Assembly: GCA_051294905.1 (NCBI GenBank) | Contig: CM119380.1 | Location: 992,001-1,056,000, forward strand | Reading direction: 5' to 3' | DNA length: 64,000 nucleotides | Source: Botryllus schlosseri | Taxonomy: Eukaryota | Shown here: in pieces, positions 26,144-39,546 of the stretch | How the letters are laid out: each line of letters begins with the position of its first letter | How positions within the stretch are numbered: the stretch's first letter is position 1 | Program-made: the position numbers and the translations under genes | The notes under the pieces: generated by a model | The model's input: the letters and a program-made list of their open reading frames with translations, nothing else | Databases searched by the model: none | Told to the model about the DNA's origin: nothing

Positions 26144-27404
26144 CAGACCTGGGCAAAGTGCGGCCCGCGGGCCAAATGCGGCCCGCGAAGCTATTCTGTG
26201 CGGCCCGCCAAAGGTTGCTTGGAATTCAAAACATGAAACCTGCTTTTCGAATGACTAAAACCAAATCAAGTGAACAGGAAATTCGTTTACTTTGCATACA
26301 TGGCATGCGTAATACAGATTCAAAATAAAGACAATATGGGAAAGTATGAGTAGCATTCGAAGTCAGAAGAAATGACTCTTTCGATATAGCTTAGTTCAAA
26401 CCTTCCTTGTTGCCATTGTCACATTACGCATTATTATGTGTTTCAATTTGTTAAGTGATATGTGTTTCCAAATCCCTACTTCGTACGACCATTAAGTCAA
26501 TCAGGGCTCGCGATTACTATATGACTCATCATATCTATCACACATCAACGATGAACGGAAGTGCTAAAAATGAAAGCCGAAAACTGAAATTCAAAGAAGG
26601 TTTAGGTTTATAATTTAGAGCACTAAATATTCGCATACTGGAGTCAGGGGTAAACCCGTCCTTTCAGTTTTTGCGGAGCATGTCGCCGAGATTAAAGATT
26701 TTAAATAATGAAAAACTCGGTCAAGAGAGGGCGAAATTCAAAAAAACTGCAAGCTTCGCTCAACATATAGCTTGTTTAAGCTGCGCACTGCTCGGAAGGC
26801 AGAGACCAAGAAAATAAACTTTGTGCTATTGCATATACATCTCAGTGCAGCGGTTCTCGAACTGGATGTCGTGAAGGCATCAGAAGGATGGCAAAAATCC
26901 AAAGTTTATTAAAAAAAAAATTCGCGCTTCGCGCGATATGGAACAGCTTATAGTTGTAGCTCTGCGTGTTGTCCGACTTTTATACTTCACAATTCTCTCT
27001 TCAACAGCCATAATCTTCCACAATGCCATCAAAGTATCCGTTGAGATTGCTAGCATTCTGATTTCTCTTTTTAAATATTCTGTGAAGGCGCAGATGCCTA
27101 AAAAGGTTTGAGAACCACTGTTTTATAGTCCTATAATAGAAGGACGGGGATAGGGAGTTTTAAAGAGAGCTAAAATGTATCATGTTTAATATTGTTTCGA
27201 ATCATGACAGCAAATAGATCTTTTTAAATAGCCACTGCTTTCTCATTACCTAATATCCACACATTTACTGAGCAGCATTTATTAACAATGTAATTTAGAA
27301 ATAAAATTAAAATACGCTGGAGAATAGTAAAAAATTTCACTCGGCCCTCCAACGTATTTATTCTTCTCATTTGGCCCGCGGAGGAAAATAATTGCCCACC
27401 CTTG
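26144..27404. mobile_element. hAT Charlie-type MITE inserted into another repeat
   Basis: Ends CAGACCTGGGCAA.../...TTGCCCACCCTTG; perfect TSD GCCTAGGC; GCGGCCCGCGGGCC motifs; a smaller MITE at about 26848-27120 lies inside. Confidence 0.88.
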
Positions 27405-28244
27405 GCCTAGGCCAAGGTGGGTGTTTGATTCTATAGACTAATCCAAGTCGCTTCGACATCTTCCTGTCTATTCATTGTATCGCATTTTTTGTGGTGTGTT
27501 GAACTGATAAAATTGCTAATAAACCAATGATGATGATATTACTATCGCTGAAGTCGTATCAGCTAGTGACGAATAGTAATATTGGGAACGGGAGAATAGC
27601 TTACTTTGAACAACAACAACAATATGTTTCAATTTCAACTGAAGTCAATTTTTGCATTTCAAAACGTGGGCCGCGTGTTGTTGACCCCTGAGATAGATCC
27701 ACACAAAGTCCACACAAACTTGGAGCTTTTTGGGGCCACAACATTCAAACTGTATATCACTATTGTCGGCTACATTTATTATTACGTATTATTGCTTTGA
27801 CATATATTCACATATCAAGGTTGTTATAATTGAGATGGTGTATAAATGATATCAAAAATAAGTTGACTGATTATTATTTCGGATATGGGGATCTCGGATT
27901 ACTATTTGCAACATTTGCAATTGAAAAATTCCACAATGATGTGTGTCCCCAGAGATATGTTTTTTTATTTTATTTTGATGGGATATGTGCCGCGATAAAT
28001 CCAACACTGAAGCGGGCTCTGTTACTGAGATTTACTCCAAAGAATCATCCGGTTTTATGTCTTGTGAAATTGCCGATATTTCCAAAGCATGGGATATGCA
28101 AGAACTTTTATTCTAAGTCATAACTTGCTTTGAGTTCCTGTTCCATACAACCATCAAACGTCTAATTCTCGACCAAATAATTCAGACCAATTGGCCCGAA
28201 CAACAATCCCTTTTTTGTTGTGGGGCGAATTTAAAATTTTAGAG

Positions 28245-28542
28245 CAGTGGTTCTCAAACTTTTTTTAGACACTCCTATTTGATAGTGAAAAATTTCGCAT
28301 CCCCTTATCGTGACATGACAAAATACTAAAGAGAGAAATCAGAATGTTAGCAATCCCAACGGCATTAATGGTTATGGCTATTGTTGAGAGTATTCTCCAA
28401 TATGAAGTTAGGATAATATTCTGAGCAAACACCACGAGCAGGAGGTAAATCGAGCGGAGTGCGAAAAATGTTTCTGTTAACCGCGGCATCCCGCACCCCG
28501 TCGGATGCTTTCACGCCCCCTCCCCCACCTTGATAACCACTG
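28245..28542. mobile_element. Short hAT Charlie-type MITE
   Basis: CAGTGGTTCTCAAA ... TTGATAACCACTG; TSD TTTTAGAG/ATTTAGTG (6 of 8). Confidence 0.65.
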
Positions 28543-29539
28543 ATTTAGTGTAACAATGGTACAGTATGAAAACACTCGGGTAATTATAGCTAACATTTTA
28601 TCATTGATAGACACAGACTGGCGTGTGCTCTTCACTGAAACAAACTTCAAATGCATATCATTACTACAACGCAAGTTATATGCCGTTATGTGATAGTTTT
28701 CAGCTTCATACATGTGTTATGCGCAGGTTTGGAGCTGAGATGTATGCCGGTAATATTGGAATTGTGACGAATTATACTTGAATATTTCTATGAGCATGTG
28801 TTCGTCAACTAAAAAAAGATCATGCATGTAAATGTCTATCATGCGGATCGAACCCAAGATGGGATTTTTGTAGCATTTTCGTGGAGGAATGAGACCCGCA
28901 AGAAGGCTTGACGTCGCATACGGCTCCTACAGCCGCAGTTGGTAATCCCTCATCAAGACAGATATACCCACAGATATGGTACAGAACGCACACGTATTGA
29001 AAACGCAAATCTGAATATACCCATATACTCGTAGGTTAAACAGAAGCAAAGCTACATGGTTGAGTTGCAACGATTTTCGTACACATTGATGACTTGTTAG
29101 ATATCAACCAGTTCGCTCAATTGGGCAACAATTCGGCAGATCAGTCTGGAGAGAGATGGAGAAGATGTCGAAACATCATGTAAACTAATAGCAGCTCACG
29201 CGGTTAGGGTGCGAGCATAAAACCTTAACGATTGGAAAAATGATTCAACTTCTGTCGGCTTAACGCCTGCTGCTATCATTGATTACAATCAATCCAAGCG
29301 CGTGCGCGCACGTATAGCATATCATCATCGTCAACGGATATCATGTCATCGTCTATGACTAAATTGCCATCTGAACAATATCGGATGCAGTGATTCACAA
29401 CTGTGCGAAGTATGCCGCATTGTGGAAAGCGTAGAGCACTCTATCCGATAAATTACAGCAAATCCCGAAAATGCCATAATCAAATGGAGTGCTTATTACC
29501 ATGGTAGGACGGAAAGTACCGCTACCCATATTTCAGGAC

Positions 29540-29710
29540 CGCTTCCCAAGTGTTGGAGGTTTATCTAGGCTCTTCCTCGCCAGCCAATCCGCGTGTTGCC
29601 TAGAAGCCTACGAAGTTGGCAGATATGGTTTCAAAATAAAGAATATCGGCAGGGTGTAAATGACCTTTGACCATTGTAGTCGACAAACACCGTGTATACC
29701 GCACACAACA
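29540..29710 (+). mobile_element. SINE family A, degenerate copy
   Basis: GGAGGTTTATCTAGGCTCTTCCTCGCCA and GTAGTCGACAAACACC match the reverse complement of 14467-14640. Confidence 0.65.
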
Positions 29711-30944
29711 ATAGCTATCCATATTGTACATTTACAACGCGCTTGTACACTCTTACTTAAAAGAGTGTGTATTGACACTAAAAAAGTGACACACGAAAGA
29801 AGAATTTTCCTTAGTATTCAAAAACCCCGTTCTCGGGATGTCGATCGAATGCTTCACTGACCGACGAGCAATTCGTTTTCAGTGTGATTCAATTTTGACC
29901 CAATTTGAGCCAGTCATCATTGTCAATTGACGCTTTTCCATCGCTAGCTGAGTGAGCTAGCTCGGTTATTTTGCAGAAGTGAATGTTCTATTGATTGAAG
30001 GTGTAAGAATTTATATAAATCCTAGGTGCCTGCGCTCCTTCGTACATCATGTACAATTATTCCACTTTGTCAAGCATCACTCGTATTACAATTTTTCTGA
30101 CTGGTACTGCGGTATAATTCTAAGGTACGTTATGTTTTTGAGCGTCACCTTTTGGGTGTGAGTACAAACTTTCAGCGATAAGAGTGTAGTATGCCGTTTC
30201 CATGACACTCTCCAAATGTCATTGACGTCAATCTATATCGCAGGGATGGTGTGAACGTGATACTCACGTCCGAGTTCTGTGCATTATGTTCGCGTCCACA
30301 AAAATTCCCTTCTACGGCCGCACGTTGGCCACCCCTCACATATAATCTTTGAAATCGGTTCGCGTTCACATAAGCCAGAATCTTTCGGGGGTTCGCACCA
30401 TCCCGAGTGTCTCAGTCAGTGATGCCTATGACAATGAAAATAATATTATATTTGATAAATGCATGCGCTCACGTATAGAATATATCATCTGCGTGAAAGG
30501 ATATCACGGACCGCCTATGACTAATACCTACCTATCATAAATCCGGCATTTTCATGACCTGACTACGGCCGATGCCGTAATAGACGAAGCTTGTAATTTA
30601 GACTTAGGAACCGTCATTCACGACTGCATAGGTTAGTTCCTCGTGTGCTGCATTAAATAGCTCCGGAGCGACGGTTTGACAATTTGAGGAAGTCATCTCG
30701 CAGTGGAAGCTGTATAATATTGCTGAGGATAATTAGTGTTGTTGAAGGTGTGTCTCGAGTAGCCGCATAAAAAGCTAGGAAGCACAGTATATCAAAACTG
30801 ATATACATGGATAAGAACTAGATGTTAGCGAATGGAAAGTCAGGGGCTTGTTCCCGGTAAGCTACATTTGTGTTATAAGGAGTAATCAATATTTTCAGTG
30901 TAGTAGCCACATATTATGGTAGTCTGACTCCCTACCATGGTGCT

Positions 30945-31050
30945 GTTTGTTTGTTTTTTGTATTCATGGTGTTTGTCGACTGCTGTCATTCACACCAAGC
31001 CAATTTCCTTCATTTCTATTCCGTAGATGCCGACTTGTAGCACGTGCAGT
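30945..31050 (-). mobile_element. SINE family A, 3' fragment
   Basis: GGTGTTTGTCGACTGC and TTCCGTAGATGCCGACTTGTAGC shared with 1795-1890. Confidence 0.6.
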
Positions 31051-31122
31051 GACGTCCCGAAAACTGCCGATATTCTTTTTTACCTTTAATGGCTCATACT
31101 GATAGTAATATAATGTAATATT

Positions 31123-31330
31123 GGGAAGCGAGTGGCGCAGTTGGTTAAGTGCCGGCGTTGCGACGCCAGTGGCAGTGGTTCGAATCCCGGTTCGGACCAA
31201 CTACTATATGTCCGGAGGTTTCTGTGGGCGCCTCATAGCTGACATCATTGCAGTGTTTCCAAAGCCCAGAGTTAAGGTGAGCCGAGCCAGAAGTCGGCAG
31301 CAAAGTGCAAGATATGGGCGCATGAAAAAC
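31123..31330 (+). mobile_element. tRNA-derived SINE with intact Pol III boxes
   Basis: A box TGGCGCAGTTGG (31133), B box GGTTCGAATCC (31177), then a non-tRNA body ending in an A-rich tail. Confidence 0.75.
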
Positions 31331-32610
31331 GAGCGAGGACAATGATGAAAGAGAGCGAGAGTGGAAGTCGTTCCAATCATTACGAAGACAAAGGACTGAA
31401 ATTACTGAAGTCAATGTCGTGGCGCAAATTACCATATAGGCGATGAGCGCCACTGTGTATGTGTGAATAAAACAAACATAGAGAAATATTGACTGGTGCT
31501 AGGCACAATGATACGATTTCTAATAATCAGAGTCTTGAGATATGATTTTTAAGAATAACGAGATTATATTCTCATTGCCACTAAGAGCTAATTTTTCAAC
31601 AAGAATTATAGTTTCGATATTATTGTGCAAAGCATAATTGGCATATTTCTGCAAAGTCCGACAACATTGTCCCGAAGTAGAATGAAGCAGATGGTAAAAA
31701 AATACCAAATTAATCTTTAATGGGATGTAGAACAGGCCATATTATTTGCTGTCGCATAGAAGATAAATATATAAACGTCCCATATCTTTCATACTGTTAT
31801 GACGCCAAAATGAGTGATGCTCGATTGAACACACACTGTAATAAACGTTTCCTGTGATCGCGAATAAAAAAGTATGTGAAGTCACACTGTACTGATTAGA
31901 AAATCGCAGTATATGCCTTTCCGCCTGTGTAATATATTGATGTAACTGTCAATAATCATAGTACGCTTGGTATCATTAGATATATGTCACTCATGCGAAT
32001 TGTTTTATCGTGATCTTGTAACAACTGGTTCCATACGTGCTCTGAAGCGACCAGAATAGACCGGAGTCCACTATCTTATAACTTAAGCAATTACGCAAGC
32101 TCACGGCATCGCTTCAACCCAGGAACAATTACACCCAAATCTCATACGTGGTCTCAACAGCAATAACAATTGCGCTGTCACTGCTCCGGAACATAAGCTC
32201 ATGATCTCAGTCAGCGCGTTTCCGGACCAAGCACGTATCGGTGACGGATGCTAGTCATTTTAATATTCACAAGCGGAATAGTGTCATGTTTCAAGCACAC
32301 CCTCGAGAATCAATATCATTTTCGACCATACTAAGGTTTATCTTCGTTTTAGTTCATGTTCCGTTTTTGCAGTAACTGTAATATAAGAAGTGTTGGTAAC
32401 GTACAATGTAATGGATGTTGACGATTATTGTAAAATGGCGTTGTTCATTTTACCTTATTGGCTGAGATGCAACTTTTATTTTTGAAAGAGGCCACCTCCT
32501 GATAAAATTATACAAACTATGCACCAGATATACTTTTTGCTACCAATAATTTGGGTGCTTTTCAGATATTCATCTTCAACTTGACGTAATCTTGACAGAG
32601 TATAGTTGTA

Positions 32611-33566
32611 GGGGAGATGTGGTACCGATGGATCACTGGGACCGAAAATACTTGAAAAATTCTCCATGATAACTACATGATTACACTCCGTGAATCTGTC
32701 TACAGTTACATGCTGACAGAATCTTTCCTCACATGCAAAAATAATCGACCTGTGTGAGTTATGGGGTCTGTGACGAATGATTTACGTTTTAGGGGGTGTA
32801 AAGTAAATTTGGATCCACATTTGCATTTTTCTATATCACCTTTCAGACTAACAAACCTGCCATAATTTTTGATGTGAAGTAGACTATAGGGCTTGTATCA
32901 GGGTATATAATGGCACAAATTTTTTTAATCAATACCATCCTCGAGTGGACTATTTTCAAGTCAATTACAATATTTATAGGGTGGTACCATAACCAAATCA
33001 AGCAAAATAGATGGACTAACTAATCACTTAACAACTGAAACTCGCCTACATATATATAGGCTGTAAATCATAGGTACATGTGGTGTTTTATCGCTATTAC
33101 GGAGTATTTGAAAGTCAAAATGTCGATTTGCCGGTAATATGTATGTGGCATTAATTTTGTAAGTTTCGGCGTAAATCAAAACATGATTTTATGCCAACAT
33201 TTGAGTTGATATAATCCATTTTATTCTTGAAGGTCGCGACGAAACATTCTTCATTGGCTTGCTGTAGCTTAGCTTATAGTACACAACAAAACAAGTTAAG
33301 AAATTTGAGTTTTTGATCGTATGTCTCATAGGTCCCATGGTCGTGTGTCTTTGGACCCACCGGGTGGGGACCGATGACACGTTCGAGCAACAAATTTTAA
33401 ACGTTTATAAATATTTTCTGGAAAAGAGGATATTCATTTAAATGTTCGCGATAGGTAGAGCTTGTGTCGAAGTGCTGAGACAGAAAAAGATCTGCTATTC
33501 TCGGCTGAAGATTTGAGGGCCAGAGATAATTTTGCAATTTTTGATCCATCGGTACCACATCTCCCC
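32611..33566. mobile_element. TA-flanked pogo/Tc1-mariner-like MITE
   Basis: TIR GGGGAGATGTGGTACCGATGGATCA; TA on both sides; internal GGACCGA repeats. Confidence 0.85.
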
Positions 33567-33663
33567 TACTTGTATTTGAGCAGGATTTACGGCGTTACTT
33601 CTTTCACTAGAGTAGCAGCGTGGACTGCCTTTTCCACCTCTGCATATGCAAATTTTATTCCAG

Positions 33664-33824
33664 GCTAAAACGTGATGTGAAGATTGCATATTACCCAGAG
33701 TGGTACCCAGTAAACGACCATATAACTCTTTATCAAAGACATTCGAAGCCGTGCGTGTGGACATGCGCCCGTTCCTGTTGCGAACGAAATTCGGAACTCA
33801 CCTGCGTGTGGACGCACTTAATGG
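33664..33824 (+). CDS. ADIPOR-like: Adiponectin receptor/PAQR-like protein, first identified exon
   Basis: LKRDVKIAYYPEWYPVNDHITLYQR...SELTCVWTHLMG aligns with AdipoR PDWLKDNDYLLHGHR...TETGNIWTHLLG; TTTATTCCAG acceptor, G|GTATGC donor. Confidence 0.82.
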
Positions 33825-34416
33825 GTATGCATCCCGTTTTCTTGGAATAAAAGCATAACCTGCTTCTGTATTGTCAGTTGTGATTGTCAATATCGCATTA
33901 ATATTCGACGTATAATAAATGCTATAGTAAAAGGAAAATGAAGAGCAGTGTTCGACAATACTTATTTCAATGCACTTTTCGACAATATTGTTGGGTGATC
34001 ACCACTTCATAAATATAGCATTACCCTGAACGTCCGTACTCCAAATCCATTTTCTTTTAAAATGCCGATCGTATATCCAATATGTCGTAATGAATTTGCA
34101 ATACAGGAATTCGTATTAGTTCCGTCGGAATTGAATTTCTTTACTCTTGTTTTAGTTATAGTTGTGGGTTGTTCAAGGTGGTTCAACTATTTCTAGTTGC
34201 GAGTTTTAAAAGTGAACAGTTTTGGTTAAACTTGTAGTTGCGAGTTTCGAAAATCGGGGTGTTCCAGTTTCTCAATTCAAATATTCAGTAGGCTATACTA
34301 GTTTCCCAAGTCTGTAACAGGCCAGTGTGCTATTCAGCGCATGGGTAACTACGCATAGTGCATATGCTGATGATAAAGGACTTGACATATTTTGACCATC
34401 ATGTACCGTTTATCAG

Positions 34417-34603
34417 GTTTTTTATTTACGCTGCAAGGATTCCGGCTGTTTATGCAAAAACCAGACGACGATTTCCTGCATCCAGGAGAGGAGAGATTTT
34501 TGTTTATTCTCATGTTCGTCGGTGCGAGTTGTTGTCTCGGATTTTCCACTATATATCACGTCATTTTCAGCCATTCAGAGCCGTATTACAACGCTGCGTT
34601 GAG
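34417..34603 (+). CDS. ADIPOR-like: AdipoR/PAQR-like exon (TM1-TM2)
   Basis: ...FVGASCCLGFSTIYHVIFSHSE matches FLGAVLCLSFSWLFHTVYCHSE; phase 1 to phase 2. Confidence 0.88.
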
Positions 34604-34791
34604 GTGGGATGATAGTGGTTATCAGGATTGCACCACAGCAAAGATACCGCTATTTGAGTTTGCCACCAAGGATATCTTGAATGAGACATAAACTAAATAT
34701 GGGATCATTGTGTTGATATATTATTCTATTAAAATAATTGAATTACCGCTCGTGTTCCTAACATTAACACCCCTCGTTTCTTGCCTTTCAG

Positions 34792-34879
34792 AATTGACCT
34801 TTGTGGCATTGTGCTTGGAACTAATACCCCTTGGTATACATGGATTTATTATTCATTTTACTGCGAAAGAGGAATTCAG
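34792..34879 (+). CDS. ADIPOR-like: AdipoR/PAQR-like exon (TM3)
   Basis: RIDLCGIVLGTNTPWYTWIYYSFYCERGIQ matches KLDYSGIALLIMGSFVPWLYYSFYC; CAG|GTACGT donor. Confidence 0.88.
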
Positions 34880-36317
34880 GTACGTATACTGGGGATTCAT
34901 AGTTGGTTGCAAAAGCGTAGCCAGTCGAAATTAAGGGAGGGATTTGAAAAAAGGGAAGGATTTTGGATTTTTTCAAATCTATCAAGATGGCATCAACTTA
35001 TTACGGTTTGGTGCATGCGGAATTTGGGGAGGGTTTTGATTTTTTTTAAATAATTTATTAAAATGGCACCAATTTATTAGGATTGTGTACATGCGTAACT
35101 GTCAAGGTATTGGGTTGTTTTTCAGATTTATCAAGATGGCATCAATTTATTAGGATTAATTAGGTCACATGCCTAAATGCCGATATTAATCTTCGCGCTG
35201 ACGAACGTACGCGTACGATATATAACAGGGCTGATCTTAATGAATCGACTTTCACAAAGTCGTGGTTTTTAATCCGATTCCATGCCTTACATAGGAGTGC
35301 CATACTCGAATCGCTTCGCGGGCCGTATTCAAACCATTTGATCGATTGTGGGTCACACCCGTCAAATGATTTCAAAATGTTTACCGCCAAATCAATACCT
35401 TTGTTTTTAACTGGAATGTTTCATTATTAAACCCAAATGTACTAGACTAGTATATAGTATATTACGGATGAACTGTGGCACTATTCTAGTAAAAACGTCA
35501 TTCGCAAATAACGGAAGTTGCAACAATACGAAAACAGTATTGACCGCTCATTCTGTGGCTCTAATGATGATATAAGCTGGAATATTTCTACATTCCCTTA
35601 TTTGGTCGGTAAGCGGCGTTGCCCGTGCGCATGCGTTGTGGGAGATAGACTACCTGAGAATTAACTGCGTAAACGCAGACGTTGGAATTTTTTTCACTGT
35701 CATTAAATCATCATACGTTGCTCTCTTGACGCCGGTAACGTTTTGAGTCAGACGTTAGACAGCATTGCGTCTATAATCTCCATGCAAACATCATATTCCC
35801 CATGTATCCGACATACAATGGTTTAATATAGGCCTTCTTGGAATTCGGTGTCAATGTTAAAGATTTGTTTCTGATGGTTTGTTCCTAATTAGATGTGAAA
35901 AGTCAACGCTGCAGTCGCGCGGTTACAATATGGCCTGGGAACATATTTGGATTTTCCTGTCGGGAGGGATTATTTACGTCTTACTAAATATCTCATAATT
36001 TGTTATAAATGTCCTGAAATGTACAACCATTTTCCATTTGCCTAGAATTGCTTGGCGGGATGGATGAGCTCTTCTCGAGGGCCGTATGCTTGAAAACACT
36101 GCCCTATAACATGAAACGTATTCTAGCCCCTATTTTCTGTTACTTCTCCCTTGGATTGTGCATTTTGAAGTGAATGAAATTGGCGGATTCCTTAATAATT
36201 TGAGTGCCTTGAAAATCCTCATAGGATCTTGTTTCGGAAAACATGTCGGATTCCTGTCCGTTTTAAATCTGAAATCCAGATTCTGCACATCTCTAATATT
36301 CTCAAATCATGTTTCAG

Positions 36318-36420
36318 ATAATTCTCATGACATTGATTGCAATATGCGGTATCGCGGCCCTATATTTGCTGACTACATGCTCCTCACTATTGCGAGAATG
36401 CATGGCAAAACAAAGAGCTA
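36318..36420 (+). CDS. ADIPOR-like: AdipoR/PAQR-like exon (TM4)
   Basis: IILMTLIAICGIAALYLLTTCSSLLRECMAKQRA; TTTCAG acceptor, GTAAGT donor; phase 0 to 1. Confidence 0.78.
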
Positions 36421-36497
36421 GTAAGTATACACCTTGCCATAAGCACTATTTTACAGAAACACGGTAGCCTATATAACTACTGTGGTGTTAATCACAG

Positions 36498-36629
36498 TGA
36501 TTGCAAGTGCTGTGTTCACATTGACTTTCCCCGTGTACGCAATGGTATTCTACCGCGATGGATTTATGTTCGCGCTTCATGACGGGTGCCAACGATGGGG
36601 AATACTTGCCTTTGCTTTCGGAATTTCAG
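36498..36629 (+). CDS. ADIPOR-like: AdipoR/PAQR-like exon (TM5-TM6)
   Basis: MIASAVFTLTFPVYAMVFYRDGFMFALHDGCQRWGILAFAFGIS; 132 bp, phase 1-1; the acceptor position is the least certain. Confidence 0.72.
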
Positions 36630-37423
36630 GTAGGCCAACCATATATCCTCCTTTAGGAGGATTTGTCCTCTTGTCTCAATAACCATGAATGATCCTCCGG
36701 AAATGCCCGAATGTCCATTTTTTCGCAGCCAGAGTTAGTTGCTTATACAGTCGATAAGACTTTTAGGAGAGAGGTTGTATTTATGTCCAAATATTAACTG
36801 CCCCAATCTAATAGGCTGAACTCCTGGTTTCAAAAGGTTTTCAAACAAATTGATCGACCAGTCCTACTCGATTGTTATTGCAAACATTCTTCGACGAGTT
36901 ACATTTCATATTTTTAATCCGAAAAGAAGGACACTTTAAACAAATCCTAAAAGTATGATTACCAGACTAGAAAATTGCTGATTCTAAAATTTGTACTAGA
37001 AATCTTATTGTGTTTACTAAAAATATAGGTCATCTTTCCGATTCGACTCTCGGATTGCCCATTTCTTTCCGATATTTCTGTCATTTTCCCAGTCTTACTC
37101 CTAATGACCCACTTGTACGTCCGTATTACCGATTTCGCGTCTTTTGAAGCGTTTTCTCTCTACCGAAGCTATAAAGTGTTGCGGATTTCTGAAACGGAGG
37201 ATATTTCGGTGTCCTGGGAGGACATTTTCCATTTCCTGAAAATTAAGGACAAATTCCCCCAAAGGAGGACATATGTTAATCCTAGAGTTACAGCAATGGC
37301 AAATTACTTCACGGTTACACCACTAAAGCCAACCTTATTACTTTGTAAGGATAAAAGTAAACTAAGATAACCCCCTGCTGTACAGCGATCCGCGATGGTT
37401 GTCACGCGGCAAACTGTAATCAC

Positions 37424-38672
37424 CAGGCCTGTTTATTTTTGGAATTCTCAAAAAATAACAAAAATAGCTTATTTTTGGATGTTTTCAAATTTTATTTTTG
37501 GAGGATCTCCAAAATAAGAATTGAAGGTGTTTTGAGCCCTATTACTACTGAAAAAATCCACCAAAAGTATGTTATTATCATGTATTCAAGTCCTCCAACA
37601 CATAGATATCATCAGTGATCTTGATCTAACTTTCCAATACATTCTTCACAAATTTAGTATTTGGCCTGGCGGATGCCTTCTAAAGAATATTATTCACTGC
37701 GAGACGCCCCCCCCCTTGATTTTCGAGATTTCGGCCTCGAACGTCGCAATTGTGGGAAACATCGAGGTTAGGCGTTAAAAAATGGAGGAATATCTAACTC
37801 TTCAAACTTTCCAATCTTCCAAGCCTTTGCTCCTGAAAAGCGGTCGTCAGTAATGCGCTTGAAACCTCATCCCATGCGTGCCTCATTGAACCTGACAGCC
37901 CAACACCCCAACACCCTCTGACCTTCCTTGTGGCGGTCCTCGTCCCAGTCCTCACCTGGACACAGGCGTTCGACCACGCGCATGAGCTCTTGCGGCTCCA
38001 TGATCAGAACGTCAAGACCATGAAGCTTTGTGACGGTGGTGCTCAGCTATGTGCGAGCGTGACCATGCGATCGAGAACGATCAGATGGACCACAGCAGCG
38101 AAGTTGCACATGCCGGACTGTTTTCGTCCATAACATCAAGGAGTTTGGTACGGTTTCCAGTCAACCAAGAGGCCACCCTCTTCATTGACAATAAACGAGC
38201 GTCAACAAACTTGGGGCGCACGCTTTCCATCTACTCTGGATCAAGTTGTGTTGCCGTCTGAAGCATCAGCAGATGAGTCCCGTCATCGTGTGGACAAAGT
38301 GATTGTGACAGAGGTGGCTGTATATGATTTCGCCGTTCCCTTTGCCTCACTCAAACTGCCTTCCCGTCTTCTCTACGTGTCGCACTGTGAAACTTATAGG
38401 AGTACAACGGCTGAGGGGCGGGCAGGCAGGCAAGGTCAGCAGAAACGTGAAGTGGATTGAGTGCAAGTAGTTTTAGCGTTTCGGTGACCCCTTCCCTCAC
38501 TTAGATGCTGTTTTGTGTGCTTTTATGAGTTTTCTGGTCGTTTACATCGCTCTGACTTGTTTATTTCACTGAAAAACATCATCCAAAAAAATCTTATTTT
38601 TGGATGTTTTCAAATCTTATTTTTGGAGAATCTCCAAAAATAAAATCCAATAACCAAAAATAAACAGGCCTG
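37424..38672. mobile_element. hAT non-autonomous element in the PAQR intron
   Basis: TIR CAGGCCTGTTTATTTTT; perfect TSD GTAATCAC; TTATTTTTGGA subterminal repeats; GC-richer core at 37850-38460. Confidence 0.92.
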
Positions 38673-39484
38673 GTAATCACTAATCACGAGTATACAAGCT
38701 GAAGGAAGAAATTCCATTTTTAGTCTTTAAATACAAGGGCAATTTGAGGATTTCCTCTGCGGTGACACTAGCTCTCCAAAATAGCCTATTTGATGGATAT
38801 GATTGACTATTTAAATAAGACAAAAGTAAGCAATGCCAGGGTTAAAATCTGTCATGATCAACTGACGAAATGAGAGTGAAGCAAGAAAAAATAAAAACGT
38901 GCTCGTTGTGAGTAGGGACATAGAATTATCACATGTTCTCTCATTTCTCCGAAACGTAAACAGGGAATTGGTTCCATTGCATATTAAACATCTTAAATGT
39001 TTTCATGTAAAAACAAACAATTATATTCTAACACTACTCACAGAAAACTATACAGGACAAGAACCTATATTACTTTAAATCTCCACCAAAAGAAGGAGCC
39101 TAGCGACATTCGTAATTATGGTCAAATGTAGCCAGTGTAGAATGAGATTGCTCTCGCCAAATTATGATGAAACCACTGCAATATACTTCGTGTATTATGC
39201 TATCTAAATATATTTGGTACATTCCACCCAATGTGTAGTGTAATTAGTTATTTCGCGTAAATCGAGAATATGGATCTTGAAATTTTTGAAAGTGAACACT
39301 ATTCTATTAACTGACAAATGTATTCGATAAATCGAATGAATATACTTTGTGAAGCTCCATACTTAAATACTGTTCAGATCTTCATTTATAACTCTTGAAT
39401 GATCGAGTAGAAATTCACGAAGTCGCTTCTAGTTGAGTAGAAACGCTGTCTAATTTGACATTTAGAATGTGTTGTATATTGCAG

Positions 39485-39546
39485 CGGTCGTCATCTATTG
39501 CTCAAAGATACCAGAAAGCCTTTATTCAGGTCGTTACGATTACCTT
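39485..39546 (+). CDS. ADIPOR-like: AdipoR/PAQR-like exon
   Basis: AVVIYCSKIPESLYSGRYDYL matches GAGLYAARIPERFFPGKFDIW; TTGCAG acceptor, GTAAGT donor. Confidence 0.88.

Noticed and set aside
29070-29170. Penelope RT motif (FVHIDDLLDIN)
   Set aside because: Too short, with no other RT motifs nearby.
31123-31198. tRNA gene
   Set aside because: A and B boxes are present, but there is no acceptor-stem pairing or 7-nt anticodon loop, and a SINE body follows.
31340-32600. First coding exon of the PAQR gene
   Set aside because: Several short ORFs, none with both homology and a convincing phase-2 donor.
36630-36682. PAQR terminal exon by read-through (GGFVLLSQ*)
   Set aside because: Much better conserved downstream exons exist at 39485 and 40474.
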